From the IMG/VR virus record IMGVR_UViG_3300029959_000004, positions 1-64,000 of that record: a stretch of 64,000 nucleotides of DNA; one strand, given 5' to 3'. The translations under genes were made by a program, and so were the position numbers. Positions 20,401 to 29,780 of the stretch are shown piece by piece. Each line of letters begins with the position of its first letter. The stretch's first letter is position 1. The notes under the pieces were generated by a model, which did not search any database, was not told the DNA's origin, and saw nothing but the letters and a program-made list of their open reading frames with translations. Source of the stretch: a virus.

Positions 20401-20682
20401 TTATTGAAGCGGAGTTAGCAAATCTTTAATATCATAATCAATACTTATTAACGTTACAGCATTTGATTGCTTAATCTTTGAATCAATCTCTAATAAGAAG
20501 TTACGTAACTCAACTATCTTCTTATCTACATCTTTAACATTATAGTTTGCTTCCACAACACGATCTTTAGCTCCGTAATATGTATCTGTCGTTGACACCT
20601 GATTTCTTAACTGCTGTAATTCTGCTAATCTTTCTCTTACTGCTTTTTGTAAGCACATTATCTCATTCACTGATTTTTGCAT
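20401..20682 (-). CDS. Short DIP1984/septicolysin-like coiled-coil protein
   Basis: Helical N-terminus and a C-terminal YNVKDVDKKI...LLEIDSKIKQSNAVT pattern resembling DIP1984. Confidence 0.45.
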   Translation of the reverse strand: MQKSVNEIMCLQKAVRERLAELQQLRNQVSTTDTYYGAKDRVVEANYNVKDVDKKIVELRNFLLEIDSKIKQSNAVTLISIDYDIKDLLTPLQ

Positions 20683-20693
20683 TTTCTTCTCCT

Positions 20694-21524
20694 TTATATT
20701 AACGTTTCTTGTTTATATTTTTTTCTTTTTTTAGGTGTTTCTTCTGGCGGTATATAACTATCATATATATTATTATATAATCTTTTCATCTCTGGAGAAA
20801 GAAGATTAACATCATATTGTTTATCGTAATCTAAATTAGACAGAGCGTTCTCTACCTTCATTTCTATTTCTTCCGGTAGAGTTAACAAATTAACTATCAA
20901 ATTACGTCTATTATAATCTTTCTCGCTAAGAATAGGACTTACTAAATTGTCGGCTTGTTCTTTTACTATTTTACTATGAAGTACAGAGTATGGGTTTGAT
21001 ACTTGTTTAAAGTATTTGCTTACTGGGGAAAACAGTTTCACGTTTTTTAGTGCAGTTAGCATTTCAAAATCACTATCCGAGCTAACAATTATAACTTCGT
21101 TATCTTTGAAGTATCTGCATCCATAAGCTATTATGTCATCCGCTTCCAATTTATTTATCAAGATCATATTAAAATTGGTTGCGTAATACAATCTGTTTAT
21201 TGTATTCTCAAAAAGAGAGAAGGCTTTAGTCCAATCTATATCTCTATGTGCTTCTCTTTGTTCTTTTCTATTACACTTATATAACTTGTCGTGATCCTTC
21301 CTCCACGAACCTTTAGGAGAGTCTAAAGCTAATATTACTATATCACATATGTTTAGATTTAATCTGCGTAGACTACTAAACAACATTTTTTGATATAAAC
21401 TCTGTGCTTTATGTACATCTTTACAAGCAAAGAGAGCTCTAAAGAATAGATAAGAGCTGTCTACAAATACTATTTTTTTATTCAATGTTTTCTTCAACAT
21501 TAGATTCAACTTCCAAAGGAACAT
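20694..21524 (-). CDS. 5'-3' exonuclease / T4 RNase H (FEN-like)
   Basis: FVDSS, SWRK...YKCNR, LEADDII and VSSDSDF motifs. Confidence 0.9.
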   Translation of the reverse strand: MFLWKLNLMLKKTLNKKIVFVDSSYLFFRALFACKDVHKAQSLYQKMLFSSLRRLNLNICDIVILALDSPKGSWRKDHDKLYKCNRKEQREAHRDIDWTKAFSLFENTINRLYYATNFNMILINKLEADDIIAYGCRYFKDNEVIIVSSDSDFEMLTALKNVKLFSPVSKYFKQVSNPYSVLHSKIVKEQADNLVSPILSEKDYNRRNLIVNLLTLPEEIEMKVENALSNLDYDKQYDVNLLSPEMKRLYNNIYDSYIPPEETPKKRKKYKQETLI

Positions 21525-21652
21525 CTATTAGCAAATGATAACACTCTAAATGATAGTATTTGTTTTCTTTATAGACAAAACCTTGTCTAGCAAGAATCTC
21601 TTCTTTACATTCACTACAAAAATCAATTATGTCTTCCTCGTCATATTTCATT

Positions 21653-21964
21653 TTATAATTCGTTTTTCTCTTTTAGTATACCGCTGAGTAAAAACAGATA
21701 GTTAATTAAGTCTTGTATTCTTCCTTTAATAGGTTCACTGTCTTTATATTCTCCTCTTATATAACTACTCAAAGCGTCAAAATGTTTTACGAAATATATA
21801 TACCAAGCTTTCTCTACAGGAACTCCAGCCAAACTAGAGCATCTTTTAAAGTTGCCTAGTTTATCTTCAGTGCCACTGTATGCTTCTCCCTTAGATTTCA
21901 TTATAGCAAAACATTGTGGTAGAATTTCTTTTTCTATTAACTGATACAATTCTTCTGATTTCAC
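21653..21964 (-). CDS. Nucleotide-modification-associated / dNTP diphosphohydrolase-like protein
   Basis: KGEAYS...LGNF, VKH, SEP and DLINY motifs. Confidence 0.6.
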   Translation of the reverse strand: MKSEELYQLIEKEILPQCFAIMKSKGEAYSGTEDKLGNFKRCSSLAGVPVEKAWYIYFVKHFDALSSYIRGEYKDSEPIKGRIQDLINYLFLLSGILKEKNEL

Positions 21965-22633
21965 GTTCTCTCCTTATATTTCATTAACTTTAAAGTTCTT
22001 AATATCAATCGTGTAAATACCATATTTTTCAACGTCTACAATAGAGCCTATTTTTACCTCATGCATTCCTACAACCGGAACAACATTACCGTTTTCTAGA
22101 TAAACAATTGTATATGCAGAAGTCCCTCCTCCACCCATAAATCCACCTCCAGGAGTCGCACTAATATAATCTACTTTCTTAACAACTCCTATAACTAAAC
22201 ATATTATAAAAATATATTTAATAAGATTTTTCATCTATTCTCCTTATCTTAAAGGTACCATATTTACATACTCAGTTTCGAAACACTCATAGCAAATTTC
22301 TGATTCTTGTAGAAAATAGAAGAGTATCTTCTCCCCTTTTATTCTTTCTTCCAAATAAGCCTTCACTACGTCCGGTCTCAGAAGTATAATCTCCGAAGCA
22401 GAAAGATGATATCCTTTGTTCATAGCATATTCAGCTATCTCTTCTAATATCTTCTGAATACCTATATAATGCAACTGTTTATCTGTAGCAACTAATAATC
22501 TATATATATAATGAAACTCATTTCCTTGCAATTCTTTATCACAATACTTGCAAGTTTCTTGCATTCTCTTAGTCATATCCAAGGTTGCTCCTTTCTAACA
22601 TCCGTAGTTGAACGTCTCTGTACCCTTCACTAT

Positions 22634-22663
22634 TATTTATATATAAAAAAGCACATTTGTCAA
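22634..22663 (-). promoter_or_regulatory. Phage promoter TTGACA-N16-TATAAATA
   Basis: Lies in a 55-bp block (22619-22673) identical to 27729-27783. Confidence 0.75.
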
Positions 22664-22675
22664 GAGTTATTTTAT

Positions 22676-24025
22676 TTATTTTTCTCTCTTCAAAAGATAC
22701 TTCTTTGGCTGTAATACTTCTAAGTAGAAAAGAAACTTTTCTATTTCTGTGTCTATATCTGGCATCTCTCTATCTACATTAAAACTAGTATAACTTCTTT
22801 TTTTCTTAATATACAATTTCTTTAGCATTTCTCTTAAATTATTATCCATATTAGACAGAGCGTACTCTTTGTTAATTCTAAATTTAAAGAAGTTTATATT
22901 TTTATTATCTAAATATTCTTTTATCTTAAACCCATCGTCTTGAGGATAAAAAGTATTTACTTCTTCCATACCTGCCTTTACAAAGAATGGATTAAAGTTA
23001 GCCATTATTGCTACACTATCTACTTCATTAAACTCAGTGTGTTTTTCAAAGAAAAGTTTATTTGCTTCCTTAACAAAATGATGAGCGAGACCACAACCTC
23101 TAAATTTTGGTAATATTACTACTCTAGATATTCTTGCTAGATCCTGTGTTTTTTTATTTACTTTATAACTACCGTGTTTATATACTATAATTCCCACTGG
23201 CATAGAGTCTTTTCTTAATCTTAACAAAGCTATATCAATAAGAAAAGGAATTTTATGACTTCTATAGTGAAAGTCTGCAAATACTTCATTCCACAGTTTT
23301 TGCCCGTTTTCTTTATCTAAATTCACTACAATATGTTTCAGAAAAGGGTTCTTTTCAAAAATATCTTTAGAATTTTCATAAGGAATAGCTATTACTCTGC
23401 TACCATATAGCTTTTGAATAGTTAAATCTGCTTGAAGATAATAAAATAAGTCTCCGTGAGTAGTTGCTACAAACAATTTCTTATCTTTAAACTCATTTCT
23501 CATTAATTTCTGTAGATTGTAACTTACAACTTGAGCAGACTCTCTATCTAACGTTGCTAAAAACTCATCTATAATTATATATTGTTTATCAGACAATAAA
23601 CATTTGAGTAGTTTATATCTTGTTTTTTGTCCATCCGATAGATTTTTATATTTATTTAGAAATAGAAAAGCGTCTCCTAAACCTATTGAAGTAAGATATT
23701 TTAAACTGGTATTTAAATCATTAGTAACGGTATAGAGTTGTTCTTCATTGTCTATTGTTATTTCATTGAAGTTAATTACTTTCTCTTTATAATAATCCGA
23801 TATAAACTTTAACAAAAGAGATTTACCAGAACCGCTGTCTCCAGTTATATAGTATATTTGTTTAGTTATATCTAACTTAAAATCTTTATAAACATCAAAA
23901 TGTTGTGTTTGATAACCTAAACCAAAAGAATCAGCTATATACTGAGCTTCTTTTTTCTCATCTACTAAATCTACACTAAAAGACATATTAACTTCCAAAA
24001 AATCATCATCAAATAAATTTAACAT
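22676..24025 (-). CDS. ABC-type ATPase fused to GNAT acetyltransferase (COG2401-like)
   Basis: GDSGSGKS, LSDGQ, IIDEF, ATTH, FHYR and ISRVVILPKFRGCGLA motifs. Confidence 0.85.
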   Translation of the reverse strand: MLNLFDDDFLEVNMSFSVDLVDEKKEAQYIADSFGLGYQTQHFDVYKDFKLDITKQIYYITGDSGSGKSLLLKFISDYYKEKVINFNEITIDNEEQLYTVTNDLNTSLKYLTSIGLGDAFLFLNKYKNLSDGQKTRYKLLKCLLSDKQYIIIDEFLATLDRESAQVVSYNLQKLMRNEFKDKKLFVATTHGDLFYYLQADLTIQKLYGSRVIAIPYENSKDIFEKNPFLKHIVVNLDKENGQKLWNEVFADFHYRSHKIPFLIDIALLRLRKDSMPVGIIVYKHGSYKVNKKTQDLARISRVVILPKFRGCGLAHHFVKEANKLFFEKHTEFNEVDSVAIMANFNPFFVKAGMEEVNTFYPQDDGFKIKEYLDNKNINFFKFRINKEYALSNMDNNLREMLKKLYIKKKRSYTSFNVDREMPDIDTEIEKFLFYLEVLQPKKYLLKREK

Positions 24026-24029
24026 TCTT

Positions 24030-24425
24030 CTAAACTCCCAGTTGTTGTTTCCAATATTTAGGTTCTATAATCTTATCTAATAATCTACTGTATAGTCTTA
24101 ACTCTCTATCAGTCCATCTTAGAGTATCTCTTATTTTATTATAAAGTTCGTTTTCTTTCTTAGTTTCTTTAGTTATCTTATGTAAGAAAGGTACTTGTTC
24201 TTTCTTATCTATAGACAGATATATTAACTTAAGATATAATTCGGGACTAAGATAGAAGAAATACTTACTAATCTCTTCTAAAGTAGCTAGATTAGAAGAG
24301 TCGTAGCTCAACCACTTCAAAATTGCTATATTGTGATAGCTCTCTACTTCTTCTATATTAAGAGTTTTCTTAGTATAGATAGATTTTATTAAAAGAAAGA
24401 TGTTTAATTTTTCATTTTGTGCCAT
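24030..24425 (-). CDS. Possible clamp-loader small subunit
   Basis: Size and context near the clamp loader and clamp; weak sequence evidence. Confidence 0.35.
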   Translation of the reverse strand: MAQNEKLNIFLLIKSIYTKKTLNIEEVESYHNIAILKWLSYDSSNLATLEEISKYFFYLSPELYLKLIYLSIDKKEQVPFLHKITKETKKENELYNKIRDTLRWTDRELRLYSRLLDKIIEPKYWKQQLGV

Positions 24426-24816
24426 AATTTTTAATAAACCATTTAATGTAATCCTTTTCTTTATTAATTAATAATAAATAGTTATACGCTATTCTATGTA
24501 ATTGTAAATGTTTACTACGACTTAATTTTATTACATTATTATCATCTTTATCCATTCTAATATGATGAGTAAACATAACTTTTTTAGTAAGATAGTCACT
24601 ATTACATTTTCTACATCTTTTATGTTGTCCATTAGAAATTTTTATACTACAATCTATACAATTCCCATCTATAAATTGATTTTTACCAATATATTTAGAA
24701 TGATTTTCTCTTTTATTATAAGAGGCATAACATTTTTTAGAACAAAACTTTCTTTTCTTTATTTTATAATCAATAAATTTATTACTACAAATTTTACAAA
24801 TAATTTCTTCTTTCAT
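24412..24816 (-). CDS. Zn-finger/HNH-like homing endonuclease
   Basis: CKIC, FCSKKC, CIDC...CRKC and HHI...N...H..LH motifs. Confidence 0.6.
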   Translation of the reverse strand: MKEEIICKICSNKFIDYKIKKRKFCSKKCYASYNKRENHSKYIGKNQFIDGNCIDCSIKISNGQHKRCRKCNSDYLTKKVMFTHHIRMDKDDNNVIKLSRSKHLQLHRIAYNYLLLINKEKDYIKWFIKNYGTK

Positions 24817-25296
24817 TGTTTCCTTTCTGTAAATATATTAAACATTTATTTTATTTCTCAACTCTTTTAGCCACTTGATTCTTTTATTTGTCTCTTTTAT
24901 AAGTCTATAATGAGCTACGTTTTTAAAGGTCTTATAGGTAGATTTACAGTATTCTTTAAGTTGCTCTCTACTCTCAATAGAACTATCTATAAGAATAATT
25001 AAATATTGTTTTTCCGCTTCATCTAAATTAATCATAATATCTCCTTTTTATAACCTAAATCTATTAACTTATCGTATATTTTTTCCGCTTGTTTTAAGTA
25101 TTTGTTTCTTAATGTTTGGTTTATAACTTCCCAAACCCAGTTTTTACACTCTTCCGTAATTAAGATTTTAGCTATTTCTTCTATTAGTTTATAATCTTTC
25201 ATTCTCATTACTATAACATTCTGAAAAATTTCTCAAAAAATTTTTCTAAATGTCTCTATACTCATTAGTTAATAATTTTAATTAGAGCATTACCAT

Positions 25297-25470
25297 TATC
25301 TATCCACAAAATACTACTAAAACTAGTTAGTTTTGTCTTAAAACTAATAAAAGGACTAAGTAAAGTAGACTGTCGTCAACCAGAATTGGTTTTACAAGGT
25401 AAAGAGCCTTATTCCTTACTTATCATCTAGAGGAGCCTTGATTGCAGTGGTTCTCACTGGGACTAATACT
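25297..25470 (-). ncRNA. Conserved non-coding element, copy 1 (homologous to 57009-57190)
   Basis: Shared collinear blocks GTATTAGTC, TCAAGGC, TAAGGCTCTWTACCTTG and AAAACTAACTAGTTTTAG. Confidence 0.6.
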
Positions 25471-25478
25471 CGCTAGAC

Positions 25479-25937
25479 TTAATTTATTATTTTTTTCAAA
25501 TATTTCTTAGCTTTATTCAAAATTTCTATAGAATCATTTGCATTTCCCAAGATTAAATTACATTTATAACATAATAAACCTCTAATTTTACCAGTTTTAT
25601 GATCGTGATCAACAGATAATTTTTTTCTAAAATTATTGTCTTGAGTATTACAAATAGCACATTTATTATTTTGTTTTTTTATAAGAGAATTATATTGTTC
25701 ATTATTAATACCATATTTTTTTAATAATCTATATTCTCTAATATCGTGTTTATTTTTATCCCAATATTCTTTTCTTTTATCTTTATGATTGTTATTATAT
25801 TTTTTATGATATTCTTTATATTTAATAGGGTTTTTTAACGCCCATTTTTTATGATAGTCTCTATTTTTTTCTCTCCAATTTTTGTCATATTCCTTCTTTT
25901 TTAAGATTTTTTCTTCATTAGTTAAATTTATTTTCAT
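25479..25937 (-). CDS. Endonuclease VII-type (His-Me) homing endonuclease
   Basis: KYGI, QNNKCAIC and LSVDHDHKTGKIRGLLCYKCN motifs; start taken at the TAATG overlap with the upstream gene. Confidence 0.88.
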   Translation of the reverse strand: MKINLTNEEKILKKKEYDKNWREKNRDYHKKWALKNPIKYKEYHKKYNNNHKDKRKEYWDKNKHDIREYRLLKKYGINNEQYNSLIKKQNNKCAICNTQDNNFRKKLSVDHDHKTGKIRGLLCYKCNLILGNANDSIEILNKAKKYLKKIIN

Positions 25938-26848
25938 TATTGTAATATATCTGCCACTTTTAGCATCTCCGAAATGAATATGATCGGAAGATTTGCTCCG
26001 AGATTCCAATACTTCTCCACTTCAGCTAAACATAAAGCTATTTCTTTAGTCTTTCCTTGATATTTATCATAGTTTTCCATTAGATGATTAAAGAAAAACC
26101 TATTAAAACCTAATATATCAAAACTACTACCAAATACTTTAGAGTATATAGTTTGAACATCTTTAAGTTTAATAGCTTTAATAAACTCATTGTATTCATC
26201 GTACTCAACTAATAAAGGTTTATTATCTAACTTACAGCTTTGTAGTGTCATTATCATACTTCTAATATCGGGATACAGTTTATCTACTAACTTGACTATA
26301 TCTTCAATATCAGCTTCTATCTTCTCCTCAGAACATATGTATTCTAATCTATCAACTATTTCCTTTCTGTTGGGTCTCTCAAAGTTTATCATTACACATC
26401 TACTTCTGATCGGTTCAATTATTTTCGATACGTCGTTCGCCGTTAGAATAAAGAAACAGTTGCTAGAGTATTCTTCCATTATATTTCTTAAACTATTTTG
26501 AGCAACAGAGGAAATACCGTCGGCTTCATCCATAAACACCAATCTCTTAGTTTCTTCTTTAGAGGACATAGATTGAGTAAATAATCTAATTTCATCTCTC
26601 ACCACCTCTATACCTCTATCTAAACTGCTATTAAGATATAGAGTATCACAATCCAATTCTTTAGCTATAGCTTTGGCACATGAGCTCTTCCCGGTGCCTG
26701 GCTTGTTTGAGTATAGTATAAAGCTTGGTATAGTGTTTTTAGACTTTAATTGATTGATAATAGTTTGTTTGTTCTCTAATATCAAATCTTTTAAAGTATC
26801 CGGTCTATACTTCTCTACAAATACCATAGATTCTAATTCATTCTTCAT
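25937..26848 (-). CDS. Clamp loader AAA+ subunit (RFC small subunit / T4 gp44-like)
   Basis: VEKYRP, PGTGKS, MDEAD, AQNSLR, PIRSRC and DIRS motifs. Confidence 0.93.
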   Translation of the reverse strand: MKNELESMVFVEKYRPDTLKDLILENKQTIINQLKSKNTIPSFILYSNKPGTGKSSCAKAIAKELDCDTLYLNSSLDRGIEVVRDEIRLFTQSMSSKEETKRLVFMDEADGISSVAQNSLRNIMEEYSSNCFFILTANDVSKIIEPIRSRCVMINFERPNRKEIVDRLEYICSEEKIEADIEDIVKLVDKLYPDIRSMIMTLQSCKLDNKPLLVEYDEYNEFIKAIKLKDVQTIYSKVFGSSFDILGFNRFFFNHLMENYDKYQGKTKEIALCLAEVEKYWNLGANLPIIFISEMLKVADILQ

Positions 26849-26997
26849 TATAATTTAACTCCAATTCCAAACAAAACTAAACCGAGAACATATAAACAAA
26901 TAGTATTCAAATCATTGAAATTAATAATGGTACTAAAAACTGCCCCGCTGATAAAACAAGCGAGCAACTTGACAATTATTTTCATCTTTAACCTCCT

Positions 26998-27711
26998 TTA
27001 TTTTTTTAAAGTAGCAACTATATAATGTATATGAAACGCTTTATTGGTAACAGTTAGTAAAACTGGACTATCAACATTAACAGATAATGTACTTTCTTCT
27101 TCCAGAAGTTTAAATATATCTACTATCGCTTTATTTAGTTTTAAACTAACTGGTTTAGCGATCTCTTTTAATTCAAAATAAGTTTCTATAGATTGAGAAC
27201 CATTATCTACTTCTATAACAAGAGACTTCTCTTTTAGTTTAAGAGATATGTTATCCGCTTTAACTGCATTTGCAGTAGAGATTATTTTAAGAACGATCTC
27301 TTTAGAGAGAGTAACTTTGTTTTCAGAAGCTTTATCAAGAAGTTCTTTTAGTTTAGACCCACTTATTTTATTTAATATATATTCGGGATTTTTAAGAGTA
27401 AAAGTTGCTTTAGTCTTATCTTCATCAGACTCTATTATCAGTTTGTTGTCTTTCTTAGAGATAGATATTTCTTTAGAAGAGAAGTTTGAAATTAATGATA
27501 TTAAATTAGAAACCTTATCTAAAGCTATCTCACCAATATCCTCAAATACTCCTTTTAATTGTCCATTTATCACTACGTGTTTACCGTTTGATACAGTTAG
27601 TATCTCTATTTTGTCTTTTCTAATATTTAAAATCAATTCGTCATTTGCAAAATCACCACTGATACTGTGCTTCTTTAAGAAGCATAACAGCACATCACGA
27701 TTAACAATCAT
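26998..27711 (-). CDS. Sliding clamp (two-domain PCNA/gp45-sized)
   Basis: 237-aa repeated beta-alpha-beta pattern ending SPVLL...HYIVAT, adjacent to the clamp loader. Confidence 0.7.
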   Translation of the reverse strand: MIVNRDVLLCFLKKHSISGDFANDELILNIRKDKIEILTVSNGKHVVINGQLKGVFEDIGEIALDKVSNLISLISNFSSKEISISKKDNKLIIESDEDKTKATFTLKNPEYILNKISGSKLKELLDKASENKVTLSKEIVLKIISTANAVKADNISLKLKEKSLVIEVDNGSQSIETYFELKEIAKPVSLKLNKAIVDIFKLLEEESTLSVNVDSPVLLTVTNKAFHIHYIVATLKK

Positions 27712-27743
27712 ACAGCCCTCCTTAGTTATGTACCCTTCACTAT

Positions 27744-27773
27744 TATTTATATATAAAAAAGCACATTTGTCAA
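27744..27773 (-). promoter_or_regulatory. Phage promoter TTGACA-N16-TATAAATA upstream of clamp and clamp loader
   Basis: Identical 55-bp block to 22619-22673. Confidence 0.75.
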
Positions 27774-27776
27774 GAG

Positions 27777-28463
27777 TTATTTTTCATAATACTTTTTTAA
27801 CACACTAATTACTCTTTCGATTTTTTGTCTAACTCGTTGTCTACTAACATTATATCTATCTCCCACCTCCTTATAAGTTTTATCTTCAATAAATTTCTCA
27901 CAAAACATTCTAAAGTCATTTTCTTTAATTTGAGGATGTCTAAAACATATTTCCGCCATCTCTTCTACTGTTAACTGTAATTTTTCATCTTTTATTTCAA
28001 AGGCGTTATTATTAGACATTACATAGTTATCGTCCTCTATTTCTATAGAATTATCCATTTTTCTTCCTATAGGTAAACCACAAAGTATGCAGTATCCATC
28101 AATATCTATTGAATAATCGCCTCCTCTTGTTACTCTTGGGCATTGACAAACTTTATCTCCAGTTATAGAGCCAAGATTTTTCCTTTTACTATGTATTCTT
28201 ATAATATTCATTCTTCTTCCAACAGCATTACCAATAAATCTTTTCACTTCTACGGCATTTGATATATTCAATTTAATTTTATCTTTATTAAAGATTAATC
28301 CGCTCTCTATTTTTTTAAGAAGATGAGACACTACTATAGAAGCCTCTTGCATTAAATCGTCAAAACTAATAGAATTATTTAAATATTGTTTATTATAAAA
28401 TCTACAATATCTTTTAACTATAGTTTCTGCATACTCGAACAACTCTCGATGTTTTTCTATCAT
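27777..28463 (-). CDS. Phage-encoded sigma70-family sigma factor
   Basis: Region 2 FDDLMQEA and region 4.2 HTH KTYKEVGDRYNVSRQRVRQ; AGGAGA RBS before ATG at 28463. Confidence 0.75.
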   Translation of the reverse strand: MIEKHRELFEYAETIVKRYCRFYNKQYLNNSISFDDLMQEASIVVSHLLKKIESGLIFNKDKIKLNISNAVEVKRFIGNAVGRRMNIIRIHSKRKNLGSITGDKVCQCPRVTRGGDYSIDIDGYCILCGLPIGRKMDNSIEIEDDNYVMSNNNAFEIKDEKLQLTVEEMAEICFRHPQIKENDFRMFCEKFIEDKTYKEVGDRYNVSRQRVRQKIERVISVLKKYYEK

Positions 28464-28602
28464 TTTTCTCCTTCTTAATATAGATTCCAACCGAATCTAA
28501 ACGGGATATATAATATTTTTAATATCATTCCAGATAATATCAAACAAATAGCTGTTCCTAAAATTATTGATAATAAATCTAGCGTGTCTTTTAAAAATCT
28601 GT

Positions 28603-28833
28603 TCATACATACTCCTTTCTATTAATCTTATTCATAAATTCAACTATACCATATGGTTTAATTCTCTTCTTTTCTAACAGAGTTATATCTTCAATGGGAT
28701 TCATATAAATTCCACGAATTCTATATTTAGGATCCCATATAATTCTTAAATAAGCGCCATCTTCTTCTACTGAAACAACTCTTCCTTCATACCCAAAATT
28801 TCTATGTAGTACTCTATCTCCAACTCTAAACAT
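28603..28833 (-). CDS. Small head/tail-motif cassette protein
   Basis: MFRVGDRV...IKPYGIVEFM. Confidence 0.75.
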   Translation of the reverse strand: MFRVGDRVLHRNFGYEGRVVSVEEDGAYLRIIWDPKYRIRGIYMNPIEDITLLEKKRIKPYGIVEFMNKINRKEYV

Positions 28834-28844
28834 ATAATAATCCT

Positions 28845-29735
28845 TTATTTTATAAATCTTCTATATATAGATTCTACGTATTTATTTTTTAGAGCATATT
28901 TTTTTAAATACAACTCATCTGTTTCTCCGTGCAATTTAGCTAAAATACCTATATTCTTAGTCTTTCTCATAATCATATGAGCATTAGCGTCTCTTAAAGA
29001 TTCAAAAGTAATTGCTTTGTCTTTATATTTATATCTAGATAAAATCTTGTTATATCTTCCTATTATAGAATTGGTAATATTAAAAGCGTTTTTAACTTCT
29101 GGTTCCTTATTAAAATAGAACGTTATCATATCTTTTACTTCTTTGTTATAGAAACACTCTCTTTCCCCAATCTTTACAGAACATCTTTCTAAATCAAAAT
29201 CAACTCTTTTAATTTTTTCTATTTCATATCTGCGTATACCAGTAAAATACACAAAATGTATTATAGTTTTGAATTTAAGTGCATCGTAATGATTAGCCCA
29301 AAAATTAGCTCTATCTGTTATAGAACATAACATTTTGTGTGTAAGATATTCGTCTTTCTTTGTTAAGACCGGGACTTCTTTTTTATGTAAGTTTATAACT
29401 GTAACAATAGCTTTTAAATATCCTTTACTAATAAGATTCTTTTTATTTAAATACTTATAAAAGATTATTAAAGAAGACAGTCCCGTATTAAATTTCATAT
29501 ATTTGGAGAAGTTTTCTATCAATTTAGTTGTTGCAAACTCTTTTATTAGATTAATATTGTTTTCAAATATTCTACTTAGAGTAATATCATCTTTATATTC
29601 ATATTCTCTGTACATATAATCTTTATATTTTTCCTCTATATATTTACAGAATAGATTTATCGTTCTACTATAAGAACGATTTCTTATAGCTTTTATAGAA
29701 TTATTTTTTATAGAGTTTAATTCAGTTACTAACAT
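28845..29735 (-). CDS. Tyrosine recombinase/integrase-like protein with atypical catalytic motifs
   Basis: FTGIRRYEI; ESLR in place of HxLR; LHG in place of LGH; C-terminal Tyr (KKYA). Confidence 0.7.
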   Translation of the reverse strand: MLVTELNSIKNNSIKAIRNRSYSRTINLFCKYIEEKYKDYMYREYEYKDDITLSRIFENNINLIKEFATTKLIENFSKYMKFNTGLSSLIIFYKYLNKKNLISKGYLKAIVTVINLHKKEVPVLTKKDEYLTHKMLCSITDRANFWANHYDALKFKTIIHFVYFTGIRRYEIEKIKRVDFDLERCSVKIGERECFYNKEVKDMITFYFNKEPEVKNAFNITNSIIGRYNKILSRYKYKDKAITFESLRDANAHMIMRKTKNIGILAKLHGETDELYLKKYALKNKYVESIYRRFIK

Positions 29736-29780
29736 ATTTTTAATGCTCCAATATGTATAAAGCTAACTTAACAATATTTT

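Noticed and set aside
8036-27711. Archaeal virus assignment based on PolB, PCNA-sized clamp, RFC and Hjc
   Set aside because: Sigma factor, -35/-10 promoters, boxA, RecA, RuvB and a peptidoglycan amidase indicate a bacterial host.
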